From: Psilocybe cubensis | Lineage: Eukaryota | Reading direction: 5' to 3' | Length of the DNA: 64,000 nucleotides | NCBI GenBank assembly: GCA_017499595.2 | Contig: CM038999.1 | Location: forward strand, 2,294,001-2,358,000 | Part shown: positions 48,704 to 61,840 of the stretch, piece by piece | Position numbering within the stretch: position 1 is the first letter of the stretch | Layout: each line of letters opens with the position of its first letter | Made by a program: the position numbers and the translations under genes | The notes under the pieces: model-generated | What the model saw: the letters and a program-made list of their open reading frames with translations, nothing else | What the model was told of the DNA's origin: nothing | The model's database searches: none

Positions 48704-48907
48704 GAGGTTCGATAATATATATATCATTCTTTTTCCTCAATATCTTTTACATACAAATTTTCCTCTGGCCTTTTCTCCAATGTTCTCTCTTCTTGTCGAT
48801 ATCGTTATCTTCAGCGTAGAGATTACATGATTATGCAACTCTCCCCGTTTCTTTCCAATCTGTGGGATATCTCGTCCGCACCCATGCCTCGTTGCCCAGG
48901 CTGGGAA

Positions 48908-49854
48908 TCAAGCATGACAATTAAGACACCGGTGTTATTGGGGTCTATACGTGCGACCAAATTATGCCTGCGAAAATGAACGCCCATTCAGTTGGCACGG
49001 GAGAACAGGATTCAAGACCTAATACTTACCTTTGAATTAATTCCTCTATGGCAGGCTTGATTTTGGCAACTCCGCCTTGAGAATGCAGCCCTTTGCCTAT
49101 GACAATAATGTAAAGGTGTACGTCACCGTCAGAGTTATCTTTGTACTAACCGACAATGAAATTTATTTGTGGCTGGCCCCGTTGCTTGGCTTGTTGGATG
49201 GCCTGATCAGCACGGAATATAGCTTCCTTCACATAAAGTCCATGAAGATCAACTTCTCCTGGTTTACTATCCTGGATAGAAGAGCATGGACGGTAAGAAC
49301 CACCGAACACAAAGGCAGTTTATTTTTAACCTTGTTGTTTTCTGCAAAGTTTAATTCAAGGTGAGAACATATAGACGAAAAAACAAACGAAAAAACCCGG
49401 ATTCAAACGAACCCACAAAGATGAAGTCGCTGGCCTGTTTGTTAAGCTGCTCCATTTTGCGTTGGTGATCCTTTCCTTCGTTCGATAGTTCCTTAGCCAA
49501 TGCACCGTCTCCGCGTGAGTATGCCTCGTGGCTTTCTCTGAAGCATTTCGCCATCAAGTCACCATGTTCATTAGCTTGTGCGCGGAGAGCGACATAATGT
49601 TCATTGTGCTGGTTAATCTGATTAGCATCCTGAAGGGTTATGTGAGCCAGAGGAGGAGACAAGACCGCGATTCTTCAAACCTGGTATTTCTGAGGGGTTG
49701 ATACGGACGGGCTATATTGCTGAGGCTGTTGCCAATGAGGGGCGGACTGTCCAGGCTGTTGTTGCGGCTGCAACTGATGTGGCTTCTGGTCTGTGCTTGT
49801 CGAGGTTGTACCGCAAAAAAGACCAAGAATCGACTTGAATAACTGGAGCCACAT
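48908..49854 (-). CDS. Smr-domain protein (DUF1771 + Smr)
   Basis: ALRAQANEHGDLMAKCFRESHEAY..GDGALAKELS, EVDLHGLYVKEA, IVGKGLHS, NTGVLIV. Confidence 0.9.
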
Positions 49855-50089
49855 GGTTGACGCAGACCGACCAAGCCACCTCGCGCTTCTTTCAGCCTCT
49901 ACAGTCCTCTCAGAGAGCGGCCACAGAAGGTTAACATTCAAGATGTCTCCTAAAAATAGAATTTAAGTATTGGTTATCTAATATATAATATTACGTGAAT
50001 AATTTGATTATGACATGCCTGGCAACAAGGCGTCGACTCCCACTGCCACCACCTTCCTTCTTTTCGCTTTCCTTCTCTTTCGTTTGACC

Positions 50090-51485
50090 ATGAAACTCAT
50101 ATCCCTCACATTCCTTTTATTTGCATCGTATAGGACTGCTTATGCCGGATCCGTAGACATAGGGGGGCCCTGCTCAACTGGAAACAACAGACTACAAACC
50201 GGCACATATCAATTTTGGAGCGAGTGCAACTCAGTATCATATTGCTCCGACGAAGGTGTTTGCGTTGCCAAAGGTTGCCGAAAGGACGACTTTCCTTTTG
50301 GATACGCTCAAGGAGATCCAAATCTTCCGCCAAAATGTGGCAAGGGAGAGTTCTGTCCTGATGAAGGCACCGAATGCCAGCCAGTTCTCTCGGTGAACAG
50401 CCCATGCCAGCTCAACCGTGACGGTAAGAACCATACTATTTACTTGAGGTCTTATCACTAATTTCACGCATCTATTTGACAGATCAGTGTGAGGGGCCAG
50501 ATAACTTCAAAGAGTTGGCCGATACTAGTGGTCGAGGACTCAACTTCAATGGCTCTGTGTGTCTAAACAACGTTTGCATGTGCGTGTCGGTGTTGTACGT
50601 TATACTGGGGTCACGAACTGAGTGTCAATCTCAGGTGGGCCAACGTTACTCTTGGGAATAAGTGTGTCGTGGAAAATACCCCTTACATTGCATACGGTGC
50701 ATCTGGGGAGTTTATTGACATAGTTTCGAGGTATGATAGATTTTCTGCTCTCTTGAATTCTTCTCATTATTTTTTCCAGGGGAAACTGCAAGCTCGGTCT
50801 ATACTGTGACAGTTCTTCACTGGTGTGCATGAACAACAAACTGCTGGGAGAGTCATGTGAAGCCGATAAAGAGTACGATCCAATATATTCATATGAGAAG
50901 CCGATCCTGACATCTATGAACGCACTGCAGATGTGATTCATGGAATTGCCTTAGCTCTGGCGTTTGTGGGGTCACTGCTGCTACTCCACACCACTTTGGT
51001 GTCTACGTCTACATCTTGGTTGCACTGGGCATCATCGGTGGTATGTGATAAACTCCACTTTGTGTCTTCTCTGTCACCGCTTACCTTGCCTGAAACAGGG
51101 ATGTCTGGGACACTCACAGGGCTTTACTTTGCCCATCGCAAGCAGCGCGAGCGCGAGCGCGCAAAACGTGCCCAATACTGGAGAGAACAGGTGCCATCAA
51201 CTTATATACTTGGCTGGCTCAGTTGACTTACCGCCTCTGTAGAACGCTTTCCACCAAAACTTGATGCAGATGAGAGAAACTGCGCGGGCGTCAATCCTTA
51301 ATCTCCGCACAACCAGTGGGGGCCGTAATGATTACACCCTGAGCCGGGACGCTTCCGACGAATCGAACTCTGCGCTGCACACGAGCGGGCCGAAAGCCTC
51401 AGGACTGCGAAATTACATGGGAGATGATTCTGACATCGATGATGGGCTAATAATGCATTCTGGCAAGAATGACGGACGATTTTAG
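50090..51485 (+). CDS. Cys-rich secreted / type I membrane protein of unknown function
   Basis: Signal peptide MKLISLTFLLFASY, many CxxxxxCPDE and CQLNRDDQC-type motifs, a TM helix (VYVYILVALGIIGG), then basic HRKQRER and a cytoplasmic tail. Confidence 0.8.
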
Positions 51486-51634
51486 GAGATTTTTTAGCTA
51501 TTAATGTCTGTTGTGGACTTGGACAATGTTATATATGTTTCGTATCAATGATGTGTGACGTCGTTACAACTTCAAGTTAATGTCACCTGCTTGCGTTCTC
51601 TCAACGGCCTCTGGCTGCAGTCTTTTCGCCGGAC

Positions 51635-52666
51635 ATGTCCTCCGCAGCCCTCCACCATCCGTCTCCAGCTCAACATGAACAAGATATTGCACATACCCAA
51701 TCCTGGTTTGACGACGACTTCACAGAGTCCCACATGAATGCATCACATAGGAAAGGCAAAGGCAAGAGACGCAGCGGCGGACATGATACAGATCCTACCA
51801 GTCCGGCCTCTTCCTCGGACAACTTGGACAAAATAGCATATCCTCCCGTCAACGAGGATGCAGAAGAGACTAGGAGAGTAGAAGAGGTCAGCTTCCCCGA
51901 CCTCTTTTCTTCTCGTGCATCCGTAACTTATAACCCCATTACCTCTAGAACCTAAGAAGGTGGGAGATCGCAGAGAGGCAGCGTAGGAAGGCCGCAAGAG
52001 GCTCCACTCAGTCCGCCAAAGCTTCATCCCTGATAGAAGATGTATCGAAACGCGCTAGCCTGCTGTGGCCAGGCAAGAAAACCAAACATTCTTCAATAGG
52101 TGGCTCACATACGGCCCTCGAGTCGCAGGACCACATCGACGTAGTCCCGTTAAATCAAGTCGTTACAGCAAGCCCAGTACTATCTCCAACCCACTCAAAC
52201 TCGGATGTCCCCACTCTTCAAGATCCCTTTGCTAATCCTCCAGAGCTCATTTCTCCATTTGCCGACTCGTTTCAGGTAGCTACGCTAGTCCCGCCATCTG
52301 CAACGGAAGACGGCAGGCATTTGTCCGCGCCTTTGAACGACGTGACCGACACAGATGGGTCTAACGGCACAGCTCATGCTTCAAAACCCCAACGACCCCC
52401 TGCCCCTATGCCTTTGAATTTGCCACCTCCACGGACACCACCCATGGGGTCTCCACTCATGTCGCCTATTAATGATGCTGACGCGCAGCGTAGAGAAGAG
52501 CCGCAACGCGTTAGATGGTGGCATGAGTGGCTTTGCGGATGCAGCGAAGGTCCAGATCGCGGTGGCGATTACCAGGCGAGTTTCCCTCCGCATCTGCCTA
52601 AGTCTACTACTTACTGTATGACTGACCACATTCTTGTAGGCTGGCCGAACAAATCCTCAGGAATAG
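51635..52666 (+). CDS. Hypothetical protein
   Basis: Three exons. Conserved-looking motifs AEETRRVEE|NLRRWEIAERQRRKAAR and RWWHEWLCGCSEGPDRGGDYQ|AGRTNP. The last intron is GC-AG. Confidence 0.75.
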
Positions 52667-52908
52667 ATTTCAAAATATCACTTGCGCCATATCACATCTC
52701 CACTTCTTGTTTATGCCTATCTTCATATCGATGCTATCGACATAATGGACATTCACGAACATTCTTCAATCCATGAACATAAACGCAAGTTTGACCCAGA
52801 GCAAACTTGTGTACATTGTATAGTATGCAATTCTAATGTCTATAATCATGAAATGTCGTTATAAGATCAGCGTTTTAGCAAATGTTAAGTGAGGTGATAG
52901 GCCATTTG

Positions 52909-55124
52909 TTAGGGAAAATGGACCGCTTTAGGACCCTTAATGGACGCAGGCTCAATAGGCTCATCGCGAGCCACCTCAGCAACCAGATTGAGAGCATCTT
53001 GCTCTTCCATTTGGGGAGGCATCGGGCATTCATGGTCGGGGGCGATTTGCTGGGTTTCGTTATGAATGATGTCAACTAGCGAATCTCTTTTGGTGTTTCC
53101 CTGTCCTTCGTCCTCCGGAGGAACAACCTCCGAAGTAGGTTCCCTGGGAAGTGTCGGCGTGCGGCTTATCCCCAGCAACCAGTCGGGGTATACCCTGGTG
53201 CGAGAGGTTAGGGTGGCAGAGATGGAAACTGAGCGTGATACATTCATCCCCAAATTGAAGAATGGGATAGATAGTCCATCTTGAGAAGGCATGCGTTCAG
53301 TGCTCATTTTACAGAGAAAATATCTCGGCTTACGAATTATGACGGAGGAGAGAACTACGAATGAGACAATTGGCTGTATTGCTAAACCGAGATAGTCTTG
53401 TTGAGTCAGGGGAGGGTTTGCAGGATGTGGAAGTCGATGAAGGGCCAGGGTGGAGATGAACACGGCCCCCACTCCCATCTGTCAGATCCGTTACAAATTG
53501 CAAGGTGACGTATGCCATAAAACTTACTGGTCCTAGATAGAAGAGATTAGACATTAGTGCAATCAAAATGGATGGTTCACTACATAATCTCACCAAAGTG
53601 GCCTGAAAAAAGAGCCTCGCGCCAGGAGCTAATCTCGGGTATCCATTTATATAAAACCAAAATGGCTGGGATTCGGCGCAAGGTAATGATCCCTAAGGTT
53701 AGAACAAATAGCCGCCATGGGCTAATACCGATTTCAGATATAGTGAATGATTCAAAGGGCAACCAAGCGCCGATGTATACGAAACAACCACAGTTGAGGA
53801 CTAGATCAATAACCGAAGCAAAGACTTCTCCCTCTGTGTGGACATTGAAGTCACCATCCCAGGAAATTGCACTACCTGTTAAAAATTTAAATCTCACGTG
53901 CATTATATTAAAGAAGAAAGAGTTCAGACCTGCGGCAAAGGCAGCGAGAAGGTCGTCGCTCCCTATGGTACTAACAATCCCTGTAATAAAGACGGACAGA
54001 GCAAGGTATTGAGCAACGTATGACTCCCTATCGATGTATCCACGACGATGCGAGAATTTCATAAGATGAGAAAACATTAATCCTTTTGCGAATGTTAAAT
54101 CCACTTTGCTATTGCAAATTTACAGTATGGCGTACCGAGAATAGCCCCCGTCACGACACCAAGGAACACTTGATCTGTAGGCAAAGCATAAGTACCAAAT
54201 CTGAGAGCAAGCAGCGTGATGGTCACATACAAAGCCACCCAATGAGAATCCAATGCGTCATAGCTGCTCCTGAGGTTGTATCCAACGTCAGGTAAAGCGT
54301 TAATGTCAGAAATGGGTATGCAAGCCCATCATTTGCTGCTGACTCGGCTGAAAGCAGTTGCCGAAGATTTATTGGGACATGCTTTCTAGCAAACTTTCCA
54401 CCTATGGCATAATTAAATATCGAAACGACTGCAAAGAGGATGGGACTGACCAACAATAGCAGCACAGATAATAGGGTCAGTTGGGGTCAAGCAGGCAGAT
54501 ATAGCTAAGCATGACAGGTAACTGAGCTGTGGAAAAATAGCTTTCATAATTGCTGACAAAATGTGGTCAGATTATTGCAACTAAATCATCACTTCCATCA
54601 CACCTGCAACAATAACCCATCCGATAGCCATCGTGGGCAAAATCATGTAAAGGAGACTTTTCGCATGTTTCGCCATGTAAGATTTGGGTAACTCGACCCC
54701 AATTGCAAAGAGGCCGGTAGCGAGTACGATGCGCATAATTTCAAGCGTTATGGCGTCTGAATGAGGGCCCCAGGCCCTGGGGTCGAAGATGCCGGCGAAG
54801 TGAGGGCCCATAAGAATCCCAAAGAAAGTCCCGAGGACGACTTCATTTACATAGATCTAAAGTGGTTTTGAGTGAACGCTGACGTAGCAAGTAGAGTGAT
54901 GTGCCAGAATGCGCACTTTTTCCTTTGCCAAGAGCGAGAACATAGAAAACTATATAGGGGCATCGGTCAAGTAGCTCAAAGGGTTCAAAAAAGGCTTACA
55001 TACTGCAACAACAAAGCCGCCAAGGCATATGTATGCAATGCTCGGACCTGTGATCTTGATAAAAAAACAACTTGGTGGCGAGGAAAGAAAATTGAACATA
55101 TTGACAGACTTCTATGAGTTCCAT
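52909..55124 (-). CDS. NHA1: Na+/H+ antiporter (CPA1, Nha1/Sod2 family)
   Basis: LFAIGVELP, CLTPTDP, LSAESAANDGLAYPF, GSDDLLAAF, GHFGPMGVGA. Confidence 0.93.
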
Positions 55125-55366
55125 GGCTGCAGAAGGAAAGGGGGGGTATTGAAGTTGGCAAAGGCTGTTATCGCCGTCTTTATTGCATTGCAAGGCTCAG
55201 TGGATGGGACGAATTGCTTATATTATAAGGTCTTCGGCAATTTGCGTGAATGGCAGGAACCCGTATGTCACACGGCAGGTGATGTGACAGGGCACATTGA
55301 TTGGCGCACATTGGATCTTGAACAGTCGCCGCCAATGTATCATTAACCTCTACTTTATCTCAACTC

Positions 55367-58300
55367 ATGGCAGGCTCTGGCGATCACTGCTCTTTTGTTC
55401 TGCTGGCAGAATTTCACATTCTGGAAGGTGCTAAGCTTAAGTATCAGTTTCCCCAGCCCCTAGGTGTCAATGAGGAGTGCGCATTTTCGGCTTCAGTCAT
55501 CTCCTCTTTTCTAATGACAGCATTGTTAGAGTCCTCGCTATGTCCATGCTCCCCGATGGGGCTGAAACTCAGCTTGATGACTGGACTATCTTCTTTCTAA
55601 ATCAGACACCGTTCAATACCATATCCCCTGTTCTAGCTCTCGATAGTCCTGGCGTCAAATCTGTCGGCTTACCAGGCGCTGAAAATGATGGCCAAGGTAG
55701 CGACAAACCCGAGCTTCTCTGTGTCATGAATCTCGTCCGAACCAAACACGATAAATCCTTGGACCGGTAGGGTTTAACCAAAAGTGTTTTGTGGCCGCGA
55801 TTGATAATTCGTGACACAGAGGCGCCCAAGTTCTTGCACTCGCCATATGCACTCGTCATCCATTTATTCAAATTTTCAAGGTATGAACTTGTTTAGGCTC
55901 TATCTCTGTGTCTTTTACATCCACCTTTACACATTTTAACCAGCCATTCCTGCTTCTCGCACTTGATGACTACCTCCTGGATCCATCACAAGACTGTCTT
56001 GCTCGTCTGTTCGATGCCGTAAATTCAATGGACCTGTCTGGTGCACCAACATTAACTCGGCACGAGAAACTGGTCATGAGGTCCTCTGAACGTAAAGATA
56101 TCTTTGCCGAGAAGTTTACACACATTACTTCTCAGCAAGGGTGGGGACCAGGTGCCCCTGTCCCCGGTTCAAAGGCTGTTTTACAGCACAAATCAACAAA
56201 CTCCAGTGGATCCTACTCTAGTTTTGAAGAGGGTATTCTTCTTAGGTCGAAGGATCGTGGCTATCAGGACGACAGTATTAGCCGCAAGAAAGACGGACAA
56301 CGCTATAGAGATAGGGGAGATTCAGAGAGTAGCGTCGCTGCACAAACTACCCATGCCCAAAACTCTCCATCTGATTCTTCCTTCTCCCTGGGTGGTAGCG
56401 CGGTCTGGGTAGGCGACGAAAGTGGGTTGGACTTAATCCCGAAAGATAGAGGAGACGCTGATAGCGTCGCCTCTCTGATGGCAAGTAGTACGCTGGTTGG
56501 TTCGTCACGAAAGCGAAGATCGACTGATGCATCTTCATCGTCGTCAAATGCACATGTTAGAGAGCAAAACTTCAAACCAATTGGTTCACAACAATCATTC
56601 CCGGAGCCTCATAAACGGCATGGCATAGTTAAAGACACTCACTTCTTCCATACTACAGTTGCTTACAAAGAATATCCTTTGCCGATCAACATGCCTCTGG
56701 CTACTTTCCCTGAAGAAGTCGGTGATGTGGGTAGATTTAAACCTCTCATAGTGGTTCTTTTGCTGATAACTATCTAGTATTCTCTGATCACGCTCATTAA
56801 AGTCTTCTCGCAGTTTCCTACTGTATCTGGGCCCATTCATCCGCACCTACACACGAGCGGTCCTCAAACACATCCGATTATTGTTCTTTTCAACGCCCTT
56901 GTCACGGGGAAGCGAATAATTTTTTTGGGTCACAAACGTCCCGCTGGCTTGGTGTCGAATTTTGTGTTATCAGCCTGCGCTCTAGGGTCCGGGTGCGGTG
57001 CAGTGTTAAGGGGCTTTATTGAGCGTGCTTTTCCATACGCCAATTTGAAAAACCGAGACGAATGGGAATCTGTGTATGTCTCATCATTGTGGCACTATCT
57101 CCTTGTCTGAACACTTCTTTGCCCAACCAGACCGGCATACATCGCAGGGGTCACTAACCCCATTTTCGAGACCCTACGCCAATGGGACCTCTTCCTCGAC
57201 ATCAGCACAGGAAGTGTAACAGTGGCAAAAGATATCCACGTTACATATCCCATAACTGGTATACCTAGCCTGGGTGGTCCATTGATCACCCGGTCTGGTA
57301 CTTTGAAAGCTGAATCATCCATTGGCAGCGAAGAAGATATATCTAAAATGGCCAAAGAAGGGACGAAAGACCCCAGCAAAGATTATAACGCTGATAAATT
57401 GTTCATCGATGATGTACGTGGTACAATATCGACAAGGGCATGGCATCCACTGAACACTATATGTAGATTAGGACAGCCATAGATGATCATTTCGGAGAGA
57501 GCCTGGTCCGTATGAGATTCACCGAATACGTTACTCGCTTTGTTCGGTTGGCGTCTCGCTACGAAGAGGAGGTTACTGGCAAAACGTCGTTTGGGTTCCC
57601 GAGTGCCCCTTTTACTGAAAATCCCGGTAGATCACCTAAGCTGGGGAGTGGTATAGCCTTTAGCGACGAGGCTACGTGTTTGAAGGAGTTGGTGGCAAAT
57701 GCACATCGTATCGAAGCATGGCGGAAAACGAACAGCTACCGGTATCTAATATTGGCGAGTTACGAAAACTTGGTTTCACGTATTTGTCTAACAGGAAGAT
57801 TGCAGGACTATGCCAAATTACAAGCCAATAGCTGCATCAAGGGATTTGATGTTCTTCATCAGCTATTCCGGCTCCGATATACCAAAAACATGACAGATGC
57901 GGAGGCTTTGGCTATCATGCGCAGTCTTGCAGATGGTGTCAAGACATATGATCAAGTGGTCGAGGCAGGTAGCAGAGATTGATGGCAATTTGGACTTGCT
58001 AACGAGAGTCCCTTTTGAAAGCTTTTGGCATCGCTTCCGCATGGAGGAGGACTGATGTATCTCGGGTTTTCGCTCTTTCATCAAAAAGAAGCCATCCGCG
58101 ACTACACTGTCAAGCTATTTGACCAGCTACGAGCATATCCGGTGAGCGAGATATTAAAAGAAACGAGGTACACGAGCTGAGAAGAAAGCGCAGGTTGGAG
58201 TTCTTTTCCTGCAGTCGCTGAACCATTTCCAACGATACGCGTATGTGCGACAAGCACACGCGAAAGAGAAACGGATATTAGCGGAACATCAATACCCAGA

Positions 58301-58382
58301 GAACAACTATTCGATGCCCAGCATGGCGAATGCGCGGACCCAGACCGGGATGGTTGGACATCAGCCAAACGGGGCATTTTGA
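55367..58382 (+). CDS. AFI1: Afi1/MesA-family polarity protein (Afi1 N-terminal and SPA/DENN-like domains)
   Basis: LLAEFHILEGAKLKYQFP, SMLPDGAE..DDWTIFFL, NLVRTKHDKSLDRGAQVLALAI, HPIIVLFNALVTGKRIIFLG, RAFPYANL, YIAGVTNPIFE. Confidence 0.88.
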
Positions 58383-58770
58383 TGGAATTTGAAAAGAAAT
58401 ATGAGATAGAGTACTACAGAGTAGAGGTTGGTACTTACATGTATAGTTGCAGTGTACTCTGTTGGATACTTGGATTAGATGCTTGTTCTCAGGGAGGGCA
58501 AGAGTAGCCGTGCAAAGGACAACGGGCCGTTGTCAACAGACGGTCTTTCTTGACCGCAGCGACTTCAAGTCGGATAAACAACAGACATAGTTATCCATCA
58601 TCCCTTTCTGGCAAATACCCGAGCATGTCGCTCTAAGGGCTGTGCCAAAGACATATAATAATCAATTCTCCTTCCACCCAGTCCTCTGCCACTTTCTCTT
58701 CTTCTTCCTTCATCTTTCTATGCATACGCCCCTCTTTTTTTTTGTATAATATATATTTCTCCTCTCTATA

Positions 58771-60988
58771 ATGGCCAACAAGCCCCTTGAGTCCCATGTC
58801 CAGGGCACCCTTCAGAGGGGAAAGGCCTGCCTCCGGTGCAGGTATGTCCTTTCTCTTTCCGTCCCCCACAGCCTGCTTATGCCCGCTTTGCTTCCAGAAA
58901 ACGCAAAATGGTATCAAGTTATTCTTTGTCCATCTCTAATCCCTCTCATCTTCTCTTTTCTAGCGCTGTGATGGCCAGAAGCCCGCCTGCCAACAGTGCA
59001 CGCGCGCCAAGAAGGCCGACGGTTGTGAATATGACGATGGCAAGGGAAAGACGCGAACACAGATTCTGCGCGAAACCATCGTCAAGCTCGAGAACAGAAT
59101 ACGGGAGCTAGAGGATCCAGAATACGTATCGCCATCAGTAACTCTATTCGACCCACATTTTCATTCGCGTTCAAATTCCTCCTCCTCCTCCTTTGGGTCA
59201 CCTGAGAGCTCGTATTTGTCCGCCTCTCATTCACCTTTCCCATCCGGTACTGTTCTGTTTGCATTCCTTAGATCCTTATCTTATGCCTCAAACCGTTCTC
59301 CAGCTTCTCCTCCCGGAACATGGGCCCAACTCCAGGTAAGTGCTCATGGCTTTCCGTTCGGGTGTGTAACCAATTCCCGGGTTTCAGGGTATGCCGTCTC
59401 CTTCGCCGGTTTCGTTTTCTTCGGACGTCTACTTTGATGATCAGCAATCACCATTCCAGCCTCCACTGGAACTAGCTCTAATGCTGTACGAATGTCTTTT
59501 CCGTTTGTTCGCAATCTTGCTTATGCTGCAGTAGTCTAGATATTTTTGCTCCTCATAGTCGGCAATGCGGTCTTGAAATACATATGGGCAGACTCAGGGA
59601 GAGCCTCACCCTCCCATTGTCTGAACAGAGACATCCCGTCCTGATGAATGCTATTTATCTATGGGCCTGCTTCATCTCTCGGCCAGGTCCTCTCAGCCAG
59701 CACGAAGATCACTATCTGCGACACTCTTTGGACGCCTTGCCAGAGGCTCTTCGGTCCAACGAGAAGACCATCGATGTGATCCAAGCGTCATGTCTTCTGT
59801 CCTTATACTTTCTTGCCAACGGTCGACTTCTTGAAGGCAGCTATCATGCTAGTGCTGCAGCATCCATCTGTATGCAAGTAGGACTCGGTGGCAGATCAAC
59901 GCTGGATAATCAGGCAAGCTCTATTGCCAACATCGACTCTGATCTGAAGCCTACTATGAGCGATCTTCGCGACGGAGAGAGAATTCTTGCGTTTTGGCAA
60001 GTGTATAACCTGGATCGCTGTTGGTCTGTTATTCTTCGTAAACCTTGGGTCATCCTCGACAAGTCAGATCCCCGCCATTCGATATACTGTCCTTGGCCTC
60101 AGGAAATTAAGGATTACGAGAACGTAGGCTTCTTCTTTGCATTGATAGTCTAACCGTTGCTTATTTCCTTCCATCTCAGGGACATATTGATACCGTTGAT
60201 GCTCTGCCAACGGTTCGCTCCTTCTTGTCGGGATCCGTTTCGGCTAGTAGTTTTTCGGTTCCAGCTCTACGTGTTAAGGCGTCTGCACTTTTCGCGAGCG
60301 CGGACAGGCTGTCCAGTAGCTGGACCGCAAGTAAGCCCCTTCTCATTACCTCATTGTGTTCGGTAACGTTAATTGTCCGATAGAAAAAATGACTACTAGT
60401 GTCAACGAGGAGATGCGGGCGCTCGAACATACGATCACCCTCTTCCTGTCGACCCTGATTCCCATGGACCAACTGGATGCCGTTTTGCCCGAAGAGAGAC
60501 ATAGTCTGATTTTGGTACATACACTTGCCCATTGTGCTGCCATTTATCTCTTTCGACCTTTCGCATTGGACGATGCTATGTGCTTTGATAAAAGCTCTAG
60601 AGCCTCCCGAGCATGTATATCTGTCATTAAACACATATCCGATCGAGATTTTGCATTTCTCGATCCCATCATAGGCGTACGTTTTTCTTTTTCATAAGGT
60701 GTTGATCCTCACTCATTGCGCTCAATATTATCTTGATAGCCATGCTGGTGGTCTGTTGCAGATATTCTCATTAGAGATCTAGATACATTGGAGAGATCTT
60801 GGCCATTGGTGGATCACAGTGATCTTCGCAACGAGCTTGGTGTTCTGCTTTACGCAATGACTAGCCTCAGCACTCGTTTCCCAGTCGTCGGTCAGTGCTA
60901 CCTTTATCACAGTAAGGCTCCTACTAAACAATGTGGATGTCTAGCTCCAGCAGTTTCAAAAGTCCAGAAGCGCCTGGCTTCACAATAG
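58771..60988 (+). CDS. Zn(II)2Cys6 fungal transcription factor with fungal TF middle homology region
   Basis: ACLRCR|KRKM|RCDGQKPACQQC..C is assembled through a 13-nt microexon (58898-58910). GERILAFWQVYNLDRCWS marks the middle region. Confidence 0.92.
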
Positions 60989-61840
60989 TCACCCTACCTT
61001 CGCCCATATACTCACCCACGTAGTTGGGATATTTTGTCCTCTGCGCTTTCCGATCTATTGCTTTCGTTTTATTCTGCAATCTTTTATTATGTGTTGCTCG
61101 CGGACAACCGATCTCATTCTTTTATTATCCAGTTGCTCACGGACAACATTTTAATATTTCGAATGGCTCACGGACCAGAAACTTTTGGTAGATATATCTA
61201 TCCACACTCCTTTCACGGACTCATACGCCTTCGGACGTTTTCTTTTACGCATAGCCTTCACGATCATTTTACGATGGCCTTTCTTTGAATTGACATTCTT
61301 TCGCGAGCTATGGACTCTGCACCTTATCACATTTTTATACTATAGATTCTTTTCGGACAGCCTCCTCTGCACCCCTTTATCATACCTTCATTTTCCTTAG
61401 TACAACCTTAGGCTTGGACTTACGGACCATCTATGGACACTGGTCTTCACAGTCTTATTTGCTACTTTCAACATTTATCTTTATAATCTTCACTACATTC
61501 TCATTATTTCTTCTTGGACGCTACTTGGACGTTTTTTTCTATTACCTTTTAATTTTCGGATTGCGATACCTCACGGACGCCTTGTCTTTTTCTTCAAACC
61601 AAAACACACTGTATCTTTTAGTGCTCCTTTACCTTGCTTTTAGTTAGCAAACTCGTTGTATACCTACCTACCTTGCATTCAGTCGCATACATAGCACCAC
61701 AATACCAGTAAAAACGTTTCTAATGCTTCTCACTCTAATCACCGATGACGTTGCACGCTTTCGTGAGTCCAAAAATAGGCAAACTTCTAAGGACAACCTC
61801 CATCGAGTGAGCTCCTTGCTACTGCGTCGCGCCATTTGGA

